From: Chrysomallon squamiferum
Lineage: Eukaryota; Animalia; Mollusca
Direction: 5' to 3'
NCBI GenBank assembly: GCA_012295275.1
Contig: CM022671.1
Span: forward strand, 8,618,001-8,682,000
Length of the DNA stretch: 64,000 nucleotides
Shown one piece after another: positions 13,520 to 28,959 of this stretch; the stretch's first letter is position 1, and each line of letters opens with the position of its first letter. The position numbers were made by a program, and so were the translations under genes. Under the pieces are notes generated by a model. That model made no database searches, was not told the origin of the DNA, and saw nothing but the letters and a program-made list of their open reading frames with translations.

Positions 13520-13743
13520 CATGGCCGTAACTACATTGAGGCAAATGAGGCAAATGTCTCATACCGAAATAAACGATTTTTAAAATTTTTATTTTTTTAT
13601 TTTTTATTTGTTATTTTGTTCATGGTTACTTCACTAGCAAAAATATGCCAGAAAAATGGCTAGAATCGAGGATTTTGCCTCTTTCAGAACCCGCTCTCAA
13701 AGTGTTTTTGCCTCATTTCAAAACGAGTCTAGTTACGGCCAAT
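13520..13743. mobile_element. MITE-like element (about 220 bp) with terminal inverted repeats
   Basis: TGGCCGTAACTA ... TAGTTACGGCCA, internal inverted TGAGGCAAA / TTTGCCTCA, TA-rich flanks. Confidence 0.75.
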
Positions 13744-13799
13744 ATATGTATATATTGTACAAATATATATAATGTTGTATGTGTTGTTTATCTGTGTAC

Positions 13800-13932
13800 G
13801 TATGTATGTATGTATGTATGTATGTATGTATGTATGTATGTATGTATGTATGTATGTATGTATGTATGTATGTATGTATGTATGTATGTATGTATGTATG
13901 TATGTATGTATGTATGTATGTATGTATGTATG
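13800..13932. repeat. (TATG)n microsatellite; related (CATA)n tracts near 25755-25893 and 26694-26860
   Basis: Direct reading; source of the MYVC/HTYI ORFs. Confidence 0.95.
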
Positions 13933-14079
13933 CAGAGCAGATAGCATCCTGTTTAGACAAGGTTTTTTCATAATAGATTAACAGTAGTTGGACGAGACCT
14001 TGAAAATGGTGTCGGTTTACAAAAAAATCTGGATTAGTAAAAGTATGTATATATGTATGTGTCTATGCATATATATTTT

Positions 14080-14121
<42 letters not shown>

Positions 14122-14209
14122 GTAAAATGTGTGTTTTAATGTATATGTGTGTGGACATATGTATGTTTGTATGTATATATGTGTATAAATATGTATGAGC
14201 ATTATTTTA

Positions 14210-14247
<38 letters not shown>

Positions 14248-14486
14248 ATACATTTATATATTAATATGCGTTTCAGAGATATTCACTATTTTGATTTTTC
14301 ATGTTTAAACAAATGACTTAATATGAAAATACTCCTTTCGAGATTTCAGTAAAACGAGTCTTGTTAACTTACGAAACGAGACTATGGAGAAAAACAATCT
14401 ATGTGTATCACACGTCCACCCGTGTATTTGTCAATAAGTATGTATGAAAATATGTATGTAATGTATGTCCTAAGTACGTACGTATG

Positions 14487-14533
<47 letters not shown>

Positions 14534-14749
14534 ACATTTTTAACTTTTTTTTCTATAGTTTTAACCGTGGCGTCACCAGAGCAAATATCCGATATGCGAT
14601 TGCTCAGAGCGAAAGCAGACAGATGAAAACCGATCGAGTCCAGTGTGAGTATCTGCAGAGTCACTAACGATTGCGTGAGAGGGCAGAAAATCTAACGGGC
14701 CGCGGCTTCACATCCTAATTTTAAAATTTAATTTTCTTCTGCTGTCACT

Positions 14750-14900
14750 ATGGCTTCAGATCCGAATTCGAACAATTCTGTGAAACCGAATGACCAAAAG
14801 CTAGTGTCCAGAGACAACGAAAACGGACACGGTAGCAAAACGATTCGAAATGAAAAAGGAATTCTTTTGAATCCGGCGTTGTTGGAAACGTACAAAAAAT
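14750..14900 (+). CDS. Candidate alternative first coding exon A of the SLC26 gene
   Basis: ACTATGG start, 50 codons MASDPNSNNSVKPNDQKLVSRDNENGHGSKTIRNEKGILLNPALLETYKK plus T|GTGAGT; phase 1 matches the common exon. Confidence 0.7.
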
Positions 14901-16838
14901 GTGAGTAAAGTGTTTTAATTTATTTCAAGTGCTAGGAACAGATGTAATGGTGATAAAACGTAGGTGTTAGAGGTGTTCATTTTACGCCCCTTTTTTTCTG
15001 TCCAGTTTCGCGCTGTTGTGCATTACTTAGTAATGAGAAATATTTTGTAAAATTATTAGAGTAGTAACAGATATTTACTATTTTGTTTATAATTTATATA
15101 CATTTATTATTTTCATTTATTTATTTATTATTTAAAAAAAGAAAAAATGAATATTTAGAGAAAACATAATTTTGCAGAATTCGCTTCATGTAGTCTTCAT
15201 TGAACTATGTAACTTAAACATATCGCTACGAAGATATTATCCATCTGTCATATAATACAGTCATACACAGACATACATACACACAAATATATGTAATACA
15301 CACATATACATACATCCACACATACAAAAATACATACACAAATACATACATAAAACCAATTTTTTTATATATATAAAATGTTAGTATAATATTCAAGCAG
15401 TATGGGCAAACTTTGTTTCGGGCGTGGGGCCCGTGTGTTCATTAATGGATTCCTTCTTCTGATGACGTGTACAATTTCTAAATATTTATTTTCAAGAAAG
15501 ACTGAGAATCATTTGTTTCATTTCCAAAAATGAAAGACAAATTTATGCCGCATTCAGAAAAAGTCATTTATCAAAATGTCACATCATTCAGAGGAATCCT
15601 TCCCCTGCTTGGAGGCAGCGTTCCTATTGGCCAAGCCGCTGAAGACAGTTTGGAGTTCTGTATTAATAGCTTAGATTTCCAAAATAACTTTTAATAAGAA
15701 CATAACTACTTGAAGTGACGCTTCTAGGGAAGGAAACTTTGCCTCATGCATTTTGTGAGAAAAAGAACAACGTGTCCGTTAATTAATTTCACTCTCTGGT
15801 TTAACCCTCCTCCTGCCCCCCCAAAAACAAGATAAAGAAAAGAAAGACATTTACCAAAATGAATAAGTAAATAAATAAATCATTACAGTAATAACCATGT
15901 GTATCGTCTTTATTTGCAGTCGTTGCAAAACCTCGAAAGACTAAGCCTGTGAGTCGCACGTTTATACTCGATCGATTATAGCAAACATTTCAGTTTGTTT
16001 CTCTCTACACGATATCTGCAGTTAGTTATTAATAAAACAGATTATAAAGCGCTGAAGCCTTCTTTACCTAATACTGCAAAATTGATGTTCTGTGATATCG
16101 TTTAATTTAAACAAACCTCTTTTGTGTGTTTGTGTGTGCATGTGTATCTGTGCGTGTGTGTGTGTGTATGTGTGTGTGTGCTACTGAAGAAAAAGGGGGA
16201 AGGTTTGAGTATAAGCATATTTATGATAATGATATCTTAGTCAAAAACGTACAGTAGAAATTATTTTGTTTGCGATGTCTGCGATATGCCTTTTTGTTTC
16301 AAGGTCAAGGTCAGTGAAAGTTACTTCCGGGCAATTTATGTATACAGAATTTACATACGTACGTACATTCATACACAGGTGCGGACTTATACACACATCA
16401 CCCACATAAATACATAAACATTTTCAAACAGATACACACATAGACGGATGATTGGAACCATAATATAAAAATACACACACTGACATACTCCCATCTATCT
16501 TTTTATCTATCCATCTAACTATCTATCTATCCATCTATCTATCTATCTATCTATCTATTTCTATCACAAATACACACACATACATAAACACACACTAAGT
16601 TAGGGACAGCCGGGTACCTGAAAGTATGAGTCGAAAAATTTGGCACTTTCACTGATCTTTGTAAAGCCTGTTTTGGATTCTAGGTCAGCCTAACATGGCC
16701 ACACGAGTCACATGACAATGCGACTGACATATACAACATTTGTTTTCAATAAGCTTGCTGGAGTACATTCACAGGGCTTGACAGTAACATGTACATCATA
16801 TCTGACCGTGATAAAAACCTTTTGTCTCGTCAAGTTTG

Positions 16839-16875
<37 letters not shown>

Positions 16876-18319
16876 CTTAAAAATAGTAGCATGACACTAA
16901 AGGAATGTTTTTCTAGAGTACAACCATTACAATGCCAGGGGCACCTTGCGAAAAGACAATAAGTCAGGGTTGGTGGTATAATACAATCGTGATGACTGAT
17001 ACGAGGCTGAAACGTGATTTACTTTGAACTAATTATTTTGTAAGAATAAAAGATACTTCCCCTTTGAATTGCTTCTGAAAGAAAAAGAAGAAAAAAAAAG
17101 CAATGGAACGCTCTGTTAATTTGTTTTAAATATGATCACACCTTCTTTAACGCGTATTTTTACAGAATTATTCCCTGACTGTGTAGTAGTTTGAGCTTTT
17201 TAACGTTCCAGCCTGCCTGAAGATTTGTTTTCAAAGTTCTTATTATTTTTTTTACTTGTGTGTGGGTCCTCTGTGGTTGCTATTTGAAAAATGGAGCATG
17301 TTTACTCTTAGGATTATGTATGCAATAAAAATGTTTCACAATCAAAAGTCCACGATTAAAAGTTAATCAGTGAGCTGAAGTGGTGCAGTTAAATAAAACA
17401 GTTTTTATTTTTGTGATTATTAATTTTAAATTTAGATTATCAGTATTCAAGAAAGGCTCCTAGAAAATATATATATATATATATTTAAACTTGTCCATTA
17501 TTTACGATGACATTTGAAAAAGTTAAATTTAGTTGCTGGCAGTAAATCTGTGGTATGAAACAGGCTGGAGAAATGTTTGCTTCTCCAGATGGTAACAAAA
17601 GTCTTTAGAAAACGCAGTTTTTACTTATTAAATCATATTTGAATAGAAGCACAATGGTAAACAGGAGCGAATCCACGCACGATTTCGTGGATAGTGTTTG
17701 AACTGATAGATTTATTTCAGAACATCCTTAATAACGCTTTACATTTTGCAGAATTTTATTTGTAAAGGGAGCTTATAATTATGTGAAACAGCATTAGATA
17801 GCATTTATTCTCCCTGGATCCGTTACTGGTTATGTTACTGAGTGTATCGCATATCAGAAACCAGTCCTCTTCTGTAGTCATCCGTAGCGCTGTCAGTCAC
17901 GTTAACACGGTGAAACTGAATACAAGGTTTACCAGAAAACCGCTATCTACACTAGGGCTGTCTTACACCCCCGTTCACTGCACAGTTTAACAAGTCGGGT
18001 TTAAAACAACAGTAATTATGCTTCACGGTCCTGGCAGGTTAGTGGACGTGAATCAAATATAATAAACCTGCTAAATAATAATACATGTCAAGTAAATTGT
18101 GAAATCTTGTAAATTCATATAAGTTCTGGTTTATTGAAGCCTCATGTCATGAAAACGATAAGCAAATACCTGACAGCAGAGATGCAATAGTTACTTTTAC
18201 AGTTAATTTCTACAGTTAAGATCTTTAGCAATAATTTGCTGGCCACTCCTAGCCTTAAAGTGTACTTTCTAGTTGAAAAGAAAACCTACTTACAGATACG
18301 TCCTACCCGAAAAAAATTT

Positions 18320-18600
18320 CGACTTGATAATGATTTCTTCTAAATTTCGCCTTCTACTTAATAATGATTTCTTCTAAATTTCGCCTTATACTTAATAATA
18401 CTTTCTACTTGATAATGCCTTTTATTTTATAGCGTGTTTTACTTGATAACGCCTTTTTTAATATAACGCTTTCTACTTGATAATACAGTTTACTACAAAA
18501 TGCACTCTACTTAATAATATTTCTGCTTGATAAAGTATTCTACTACATAAAGCCTTCTACTTTATAAAACCGCCTACTAGATAAAGCATTCTACTTAAAG
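18320..18600. repeat. Degenerate minisatellite, about 20-bp unit (ttctacttgataatgcc-like)
   Basis: Recurrent tacttgataa / tacttaataa / tactagataa cores at short spacing. Confidence 0.8.
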
Positions 18601-19029
18601 ACGCCATCTCTTCCATAATTTTGTTTTTCTTAGTCTACACTAAAAAGAAAATTAGCAAAAAAAAAAAAAAAAAAATGATTTATTACGCTGATATAAAAAA
18701 GAAAAAAAAACATGTTTATGCCGTTGTCATTATATTGTATGAATAAGCAGAGTCTTTAATTCTGTCCACGGCATCAAGGTTAACAAATAAAACAGTTCTT
18801 TAATCTGGTATCACTGTCACACACCCAAGATATTAAATCATCTGAGTAACATTATACTGTAATACTGTTTCTATCTTAGTTTAAATTCTATATGTTATAT
18901 GCCTAACATTAAATAAACTGATTATAAAACGACAATAAATCAGCACAGTACTGAGGCATCCTTTCATTCTCAGTGAAACCAGAACTGATCCGAGATCTCC
19001 AGATCATATTCATATATATATATATATAT

Positions 19030-19101
<72 letters not shown>

Positions 19102-19137
19102 TGATTATTTTATGTGTGGAAGTGTTGTGTGTGTGTG

Positions 19138-19256
<119 letters not shown>

Positions 19257-19813
19257 TAAATAATATCTCGGGAATTGCTTGAGGGTATGTTCATGAAGAG
19301 CTATCAGACTTAGATCAGAGTTTCGTTTCTTTTAATTCCATAAATACAATTAGCCAGCGTCTCAGAATTCTTCACAGAGCGAAATACCTTCATTTTCCCC
19401 ACCTCTTAAGAGTACATTACTCGGAGCACGTTCGCCCTGATAATTAATCTGATTCTTTTTCACGTTCTGAGACATGATATCTGAACTTGACGAAGCATGA
19501 AGTACAAAAGCCGCGCACGTCTTCTTCCGATATCCACTCCACGTACGACAGAGACGAGGCAGAACGAACAACGCTTTGTTTGCAGTCTTTTGTCAACGTT
19601 CTTAATCGCCAACAACTAACTTTTCTCATTGTCGTATTAGTTTTTTCTCTCTTCTGATCGCACCTTCGCGGGCCATGACAAGACATATTTTAGCTGTTGA
19701 TGTTATGAACGTTAAAAAAACCCACCCAAAAACCCTACTAAAACAGATAATTATTTGAACCAAAGTTAAATATATTCTTAGGTATATATTGAATATTTCT
19801 TAAACGTATTCTG

Positions 19814-19879
<66 letters not shown>

Positions 19880-21188
19880 TTCAGTATCTCTGTGTTCTTT
19901 TTTGTCTCTTTCTGTATAAGTGTATTTGTATGTAAGAGGGTTCGTACGGACTCAATATGTTTATCATTAAAACCAACAATAACTCAACTTTGAACTTCGA
20001 TCTGACATGCAGACGAATTATCCTTAGTGGTGTCACTACAAATGTCATGTCAAGCCGCACCAGATAAAAGAATGTGGAGACGTAATGATGGTTTTTGACG
20101 ATAGTCTTGCAGAAAAATTATGATGATGATGACGTTAATAATGAAGACAATAATGATATAGACGATGATGAAGAGACTTTAAAATATCCCAAAGATTTTA
20201 AAATAATTCCTTGCTGGTTCTTTTGTCTTCCATCTGTTTCTGAGCATTTTTAAAGCATTTTTATGTATTATTTCGTATCAAATCAAACATTGGGCAATGA
20301 CAGTTGAAAACCTAAAGAACAAGTTAACTTTAAGATCCAGACTTTATGATGCCGAATTCACCTCAACACAAGAGCAATAGCAACAACAATTTTAACAAAA
20401 CCTCTTTGACTACTTATCTTAAAATCTCTTTCAAAACACAAAATTTATTTTTTTGTCCAATTATTGAACGAAAACTTACTTGAACTCTTCCAGTACTTTG
20501 GTTCACAGTTAAACCGAAAGAATCCATAAAGCGTTTACATCTTGTATTGCAAAAGAAAGAAAAGAAGAAGAAGAAGAAAAACTGATACTAAAACGACACA
20601 TCCAGTATCTTGCCCAATTTCACTAAAAATGATTCCAAAGAGGGAGGTTTACGGGAAACACTAATGAATGACTACAATCGTTTCACAAAATGGGAACGAT
20701 TATCGGCTCGTAGCTTCTTATTAGCTATGTATATGAGGACGGTGTTATTGAAACGTGATGTTACGAGGGAAGATCCACAAGCCGAATATAACAGCCAAGT
20801 CTTTGAGCAGTCACAGCCACAAATTACGGAGTACCGAACAGGACATGATCATATTTGAGTAACTGTGTCGTTGTTATGTCTGTTAAATTAAGGCAGTGTT
20901 TATAGACAAATATATATTCTGTCGGGAACACAGTAGAACAGAAACAGTCATTAAAAGTGAATGTTAAAAATGTATTTTCTCAAAAGAGTTTATTCTGTAA
21001 CAGTAATCTAATATTAACCCCTTTGTTAAGAATTCTGTTTCAAAACCGTTTGACAGTTTACTGTAAAAGAATACCTATATATGCAGAAGTAAAACGTTAA
21101 CCTTCAAAAAAAAAAAAAAAAAAAAAAAAGTAAAAAAACAGCCCAAAACACAAACCAGAAAAACAACAAAAAGTTAACCTACTTCGAA

Positions 21189-21224
<36 letters not shown>

Positions 21225-22263
21225 AATCACAACAACAAAATGTTTTTATTCTCACCCATGTCAGGTTCATTCAGTAATTTACGATCTGATCTCAGATTTA
21301 TTTTCGTCGTTTATCACTGATGTGTATTCCAAAAACTTCAGTTATTCGTTCGTAATTGGAAATTTCTGACATTGCTAATGTCTCGGATGACTCACAAAGG
21401 GTTCCAGTTACTGACCCACGTCACTGTGTGTTGTGTTAGGTGAGGCAGAGCGATACCCCGGGCTTTCACCCTTCCACTGTCCGTGCATTCGCAGATATTC
21501 AGTAAACAACGAAGAAAACCGAGGCAAAACAGATATGTAATCAGAATCGAAGTGATCAAATATCCCCTCTGAAACTTAATACTTTCTTGTTATCTGATAT
21601 CCATAGCATAATAAAAACCACATCATCAGCAAAAACTACAGTAATAATAATAGTGGTAGTAACGGTAGGGAAAATAGTAGTAGTAATAGTAATTATATCA
21701 CTAATAATAGTAGTAGCAGTAATAGTAATAGTCGTGGTGGAAGTAGTACTTGCAGTTGTAGTAGTATCGGTAGTAGTAGTTGTTGTACATATAATTACTA
21801 CTACTTCTACTATTTTCACCTCAAATAACAGATTTCAGCTCCCGTTCTTCTTTTATATGATTACATTGCAGAGATGTAGATCTTAATCTCACGCTTTGTT
21901 CTAAAAATTCCAAATCTTTTCAGCATTTAATACAGACTATGGTGTTTTTAAACCTCTGGTTGTAATTAACATACAGATAATGATAAATATTCGGAAAATG
22001 TGACAAATAACGACTGGATGATTCAGTTAATTACACTGGTATGAAAGAAGTCTAATCAGATATCTGTAAGCATCAAAGAAATAAGGATTAATGAGAAATA
22101 AGGATTTCAAAGAAATAAAGATTAATGAGAAATCCAGGTAACAGAATATTGATTGAGTTAACGCGAGTTTGTTCATAAATGTGCAACATTGTCTGACTTA
22201 AATCAATATGAAGTTTTGGAAAACAAATACGAAAGCCTCAAGAATACAGTTAAGCGATTCACA

Positions 22264-22303
<40 letters not shown>

Positions 22304-22650
22304 CATGCATGCATGCACATATGCATGCACATATACATACACATACACATATATACATACACACACATACACACATACATACATATACATACATACATAA
22401 ACACATACACAGACAGACACACGTACATAAACAAAATCATACATACATAAAACATACAGACAAGCACTCGAATTACCATCATCCTGAAGACGTCTTCAGA
22501 TTGTATGTATAGTTCAAATCACAGTTATCTACAAGCTGTTATACTTTCAACAATACTGAAACGTTTATATAGTAATAGACTTCGATTTGAGCTAGTAAGT
22601 TTAATAAAACTCAACAAAAATCTTACAAGAATATATGTATACATACATAC

Positions 22651-22749
<99 letters not shown>

Positions 22750-22946
22750 CATATACGCTTAATTATGTCACCAGAGGGTTTCCATAGACTTCTGAAAAAA
22801 AAAAAAAAAAGAAGAAGAAAACGTCAATAAAAAATCCGTTTTGCCTCAGTCTGTATGATTGTTTGACCATGTCACTCGTGGACAGAATACTGCAATTAGT
22901 GAAGAAACAAAATTAAACAGAAAATTATAATTTCTAAAATCTGGGT

Positions 22947-23136
22947 ATGCCTTTGCCCACTTATTCCAACGACATTCAGTCCTCGGGGTCTCAGAACGAG
23001 GATCCTGGGGATCACAACAGCAAACTAAACACAAAACGTAAATTATTGATAAAAGGAACCGAAAATTTTGGATTTCAATACGATGACGGAAAGCCTGTTA
23101 TTTTGGATCCAAATTACTTGGGACATTTCAAGAAAA
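22947..23136 (+). CDS. Candidate alternative first coding exon B of the SLC26 gene
   Basis: 63 codons MPLPTYSNDIQ...GTENFGFQYDDGKPVILDPNYLGHFKK plus A|GTAAGT; phase 1; 3' end similar to exon A. Confidence 0.7.
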
Positions 23137-23709
23137 GTAAGTTTTTGGGGTGTGTTTTTTTTGGTTGCTTTTTTTTTAATTTATTTTTATTTATTTATTT
23201 TTTATTACGTATTTATTTATTATTACGCTTTTATTTATTTATTAATATTAATATTTATATATTTTTTTAAAAAATATGGTTTTCCATTATATTGAAATAT
23301 TTATTATTTATTACGTTTTTTTCTAATTTTTATTATCATTTTTTTGTTTTGATATTTCTAATAATAATTATGATAGGTTAGAAAATATACATTCACGTTA
23401 CGATTTTCCGTTTCAGTGATTTTTTTTATTTTTTATTATTGAATTTATTGCATTTATTTATTTATTTATTTATTTATGATACATATATTGTTTTGTGTTA
23501 TAACATATATAAAATTTAATTTTTAATTTTTTATGATACATCAATTGTTTGGTCTTCTAATATATATATAAAATTTAATTTTTTTTAAATTTTGTGTATG
23601 AATTCAACTGTAAAAAAAAAAAAAAAAATTAGTAAACTATTTTTTCATTTATTTACACAAATAAGTCGCATTGTCATTTTTGGTATTATTTATTTATTTA
23701 TTTATTATA

Positions 23710-23761
<52 letters not shown>

Positions 23762-23840
23762 TTACTATTATATATATATATATATATACACATACATATT
23801 ATCATTTGTTTTGTTGGGGTTTTTTTTGTCGTTTTGTGTC

Positions 23841-24073
23841 TTTTTGCGAAAGCATGTGAGCTATTATTAATGAATTTTGAACTATTTTTAATGTTTAATG
23901 TATCTTTTTTTAAATTGTGTGGTGATATGAGTCATCAGTGCATTTATTCACATAATTTTTTTGCGAAAGCATGTAAGCTATTATTATTGAATTTTGAACT
24001 ATTTTTAATGTTTATTGTATTTTTTTTTTAAATTGTGTGGTGAGATGAGTCATCGGTGCATTTATTCACATAA
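23841..24073. repeat. Tandem duplication, about 117 bp x2
   Basis: tttttgcgaaagcatgt...gtgcatttattcacataa repeated twice. Confidence 0.9.
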
Positions 24074-24131
24074 ATCAAAAAAAGCAATTAAATTATTATA
24101 TCTCTTTCTCAATATACTTGCACGTACTAAA

Positions 24132-24185
<54 letters not shown>

Positions 24186-24592
24186 ATACACACATATATA
24201 CATACATACACACTGAGATAAGCAGAAATAGTTTTAACTGAACAAACCCATATATACAATTCACGTTAAATCATAATTAGTGTGTTTTCTTTTGAAATTG
24301 TCTCTGAACAGTAATTTTTAATCCACAGTGAAATTTATTTCGCTCGCCTGGTACGTGAACTCATGAAATATTACCTTTAGATAAATTGCGTCATCTAATT
24401 TTAAATATCTGTTCATCGTTTACTACAGGTTTTTCAAAAACGTAGTCAGAGATTGTTTTTGTTTTTTTCTTTTATAACAGTTAGGTGCTATATAAATCTA
24501 TTATTAATTTCTTCATTTAAATACAAGCTTTTTTTTTTTCTTTTTTTTTGATACATATCTCTCTGTTTTTCATTCTTCGAAATCTCTCTCTG

Positions 24593-24652
<60 letters not shown>

Positions 24653-25107
24653 CACACACCTAGATAGAGAGGAAAACTAGAAAACTATAGAAATATATAT
24701 TTCTATCGTTTTCTTATGTATTTACATTACTCGAAACTATTATCGTTTCTTCACATATATCGAGTTCTTTTTATTACAGAAGTTTATTGTCTTGTTGTGG
24801 GTCAGGTGAACAAAACGTGAAACTGTAAACTGTTTTTGGAGTCGACTGTTTTCTCAACTCTTTTACCTTTTTGAACGTACTGCGTTTCAGTGTTTCATAA
24901 AGTGCTACGCTCCGTTAATCGTACAAAACACGTTCTCTGTAGACTGGCTCTAGCCGCACGTTACCTTCCGAACACAAAAGAGCTAAGTATCGTGAACGAG
25001 TTAATAAAAAATGAAGATAATGTTAATGAAAAGAAATAATTTAATAGCTATTTCTAGTATAACTGAAGCATACATCAGACAAATATACAAACTCATGTAT
25101 CATACAT

Positions 25108-25160
<53 letters not shown>

Positions 25161-25359
25161 CACGTATGTATGTACGTAAGTGAATATGCACATAAAGACA
25201 CACGTACATGTATACATCCAGATGTACATTCCTGATTGCGAGTAGTCAGTCCTCAAACAGGATGTTAATTTATCCTTTCTAAAAGTTAATATTAATTTCT
25301 TTCATTTCTTTATTTATCATGTAAGTAACTTAATGCGATAGTAAAAAAAAAAAAAAAAA

Positions 25360-25415
<56 letters not shown>

Positions 25416-26924
25416 TAATGAATATGTTTGAAAAACGACAAATAGCCCTAATTAAATTATAACAAATCAACACTTCTAAATATATATTTTTTATTATTGT
25501 GTTTCAATTTATCGTTAAACGTGTAATTAAGGTTAAAAATAAGTGTCACAATTTTTTTTAAAATGTCCTTTTTGGAAATTCGGAAATGGCCACCCTAATT
25601 CATTCATACATACAAACATACATACGTACGGACATACTTACATATACAGGTATATTCATACATATACATACAATACGTACATACATACAGACATACATAC
25701 ATACAATGTGTTCATACATACATATAATACGTACATACACTCATACAGTACGAACATACATACATACATACATACATACATACATACATACATACATACA
25801 TACATACATACATACATACATACATAATACATACATACATACATACATACATACATACATACATACATAAATACATACATACATACATACATACACACAC
25901 ACAGATGTAAATATACAAACAAATACATAAGATCTAACACTATAGGAAAAACATTTCCAACGAATAAATGTATGTATGTATGTGTAAATATTACTTTAAG
26001 AAAATAATAGATACATATACACATACATACATATATAGACAAAGACACATGAAAACATAGATATGCCTATATATTTGTATGTAAGTATATACTGTCATTC
26101 TTTTTTAATTTTAATTTTTTTTTTTTTTTTGTTGGCGTCATACATAAATATATTTTTTTACATGATATATATATCCATTCGCAGACTCTACTGTAATTAA
26201 TACGCTGATGTTCTCAGTAATTCGTCAGTCATAATCGCTCCATTGTTACAGTTTCACAAAACGTCTACAGAAATTACAACGTGTTTGTTGTTACTCACCG
26301 AGGTCGCGTGATTGTAACTTGAACTTTGCGACGTTGTCGTCGTCTCACAGTCATTCACCTTACTGGTTACTAAGAAAAAAACTGCATGTCATTCTATCTT
26401 CAGAGCGAAAATAAAGTAAAACAAATTTTCATTTTGTAAAAAAAAAAAAACGCATATGGTGCACCCATTATGTGGCAAGAACAAAAAAGAAAAAAAAAAA
26501 AAAAAAAAACAGAAAAAGGAAAAGAAACGATGTAAAATGAAAAAAATGAATACTTGTTGTTTGGTCTGTTGAGTTTGTTAAACTGGTTGCCGAGCGGTAT
26601 CGACGATTTGAGTCGATTTGAGTCGTTTTGAGTCGTTTGAGTCACGACAACGGCATCTGACGGGGTTTACGAGGTCGTGATTTGATTTCGTCCTACATAC
26701 ATACATACGTACATACAAAACATACATACATACATACAAAACATACATACATACATACATACGTACGTACATACAAAACATACATACATACATACAAAAC
26801 ATACATACATACATACGTACGTACATACAAAACATAACATACACATACATACACACAAACATTACATGGTTGTTGGTTTTGTTTGTTTGTTTGTTTGTTT
26901 TTTTTATGGTTGTTTACATTTTTT

Positions 26925-26975
<51 letters not shown>

Positions 26976-28928
26976 AAACCAGTACGTTTATTTTGTAATA
27001 ATTTACATTAATTTATTTATCATTTTTATTCATTCATTTACTTTGTGGCTATTAAGCTTATATTTATTTCTTTTCGTAACTTTGTGTTGGCTTGATGCCC
27101 AGTAATGGAAGAACAATTTTTAATACACAGTTTATTTTTTTTGTAATATTACTAACATTATTTTCAACCTATTTTTTTCTAAACTTTTCATGTTCAACTG
27201 ACAATAAAAACAGATTAAAAAAAAATTAATGGAAAAAGCAAAAAGAACGAAACAATAAAAACAAAATAAAAGAAAAGAAAAGACACAACCAAATAAAAAT
27301 ATAAATCTGTAATCGTACGGTAGTGTTTCAAAGCCAGGTGAATTATTTATATGTACCGAAATTAATTTACTTTTTTTTTATTTTTTTTATTTTTTATTGT
27401 TTTATTCTCTCGTTTTTCTAATTTGAAATAGAAAGCAGTAAACTGGGTGTTGTCTTGTTATTTGATCTCATTCGACTCCGCCCATTTAGTTAAGCTAACA
27501 ATTATAAAATTTTCAAAGCGCTTGGTATTAAAAAACCCAACAATAACAAAAGAAATACCAGCAACAACAAAAAAAAAACAACGAATAAATATGTAAGAAA
27601 GAAAGAAATAGAAATTTGAGTTACATATCTATGTTAAGTTTGTTAAAAAAAAACAAAAAAAAAAAAAACACAACAAGAAACAAACAAACGAATAAATAAA
27701 CAGTACCATTTTTAAATTCTGTTAAATTCTAGTAAATAAATACACAGAAAAATAGCTTGATAAATAAATAATTAACTAAGTAATTAAATAAATAAATAGA
27801 AAAATGTGTTAATTTCAAATTAAATTATTAAGTTAATTTGTAAATTACTGTAATAAATAAATAAATATCAATAATTAAGTCAGTGCGTATCATTTTCAAG
27901 CGTGTTATTTGAATGAATAAATTTAAAAATAAATAAACAGATAAACAAACATGTATGCTATTTTCAAATGTTTGCTTGCCACAGAAGTATGTTGTTGGTT
28001 TTTTCATATTTTATTTATTTATTTATTTATTTATTGTATTTTTTTTATTTTTTTTTTTATTATTTTTTTATTCTGACATTTTAAATTTTTTTTTTATTTT
28101 TTTATTTTTTTTTTTTTTTTTGCTAATTATTTATTAATTCAATTATTTTGGAAAATACACTGTCAGTGATCTAATCCATTTCATTTAATTGTTTTACTTG
28201 TACGTATGTAAGTATGTGTGTCTGTAATTATGTATGTGTGAATGTGTTTGTGCCTGTATGTGTAGTTATGCATTTATGCACGTATATATCTAGAGGTGCC
28301 TATCAGATGACATCCATTGTATTATTTTTATAATCCATTACTATATTCTGAGCTAATCTTCACCTATTCAGTATAAGGGTTCCACCTTAATCTCTAATCA
28401 CCTACAGTAGCAATAGTTCTAAACAGGCAGTAATATTTTATAATATATCCAACAACAAATGGTTACTAAGAACGCGTTATGATTAACTAAAAATACTCGT
28501 TGTAGTACAAAACCTAAAGCGACTGGGTCAAACAAAACGTTGAAAACATAATTCATAAAAGACTGGGTGGATATTTTTCCAAATATTTACATACAAAATA
28601 AGTGCTTACAGTTACAGACGTTTAGTTATATTTTGTTTTAAAAATCATCCTAAAGTCAGAGAGCCGGATTTAGATGTTGTGGAGGCATGGGAAACATTTG
28701 AGACCCTATTTAACAAATATGAACAGAGAATAATAACGTTTTGTAATAACTGAACTGTAATTCCTAACAGTCTCCTCTGAATGTTTGATTTCAAACAGTA
28801 GCTTTTTTTATGAAAGTAGTTAAATCCTGTTCTATCTAAAATATAAAGCTTGTATTATAATTATACCAAAATTACAAAATTTACAGATTAGCTTCTTCTT
28901 CTTCTTTTTCTTCTTCTTATTATCAATA

Positions 28929-28959
<31 letters not shown>

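Noticed and set aside
13645-13981. ORFs rich in MYVC/HTYI/RERE/CVCV/LSLS here and at 14-14.7, 22.2-22.8, 25-26.9, 32.1-32.4, 35.2-35.6 and 50.2-50.6 kb
   Set aside because: Translations of microsatellites, no coding signal.
14623-14644. MKTDRVQ plus T|GTGAGT, another phase-1 donor just upstream of exon A
   Set aside because: Only 7 codons, phase match has one-in-three chance, and it lies in the probable promoter or 5'UTR of exon A.
15920-15948. 29-nt segment between ttgcAG and GTGAGT
   Set aside because: Not a multiple of three; would frameshift the exon A isoform; no other support.
18320-18600. Short repeats that could suggest a CRISPR array
   Set aside because: Degenerate adjacent units without unique spacers, no cas genes, eukaryotic context.
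20610-20858. 82-aa ORF as a standalone gene or first exon
   Set aside because: TTG start, in-frame stop before the nearest donor-like site, no recognisable homology.
21556-21886. Hydrophobic or Thr-rich ORFs (also 12443-12748, 40435-40629)
   Set aside because: Products of degenerate trinucleotide (TAG/TAA) repeats.
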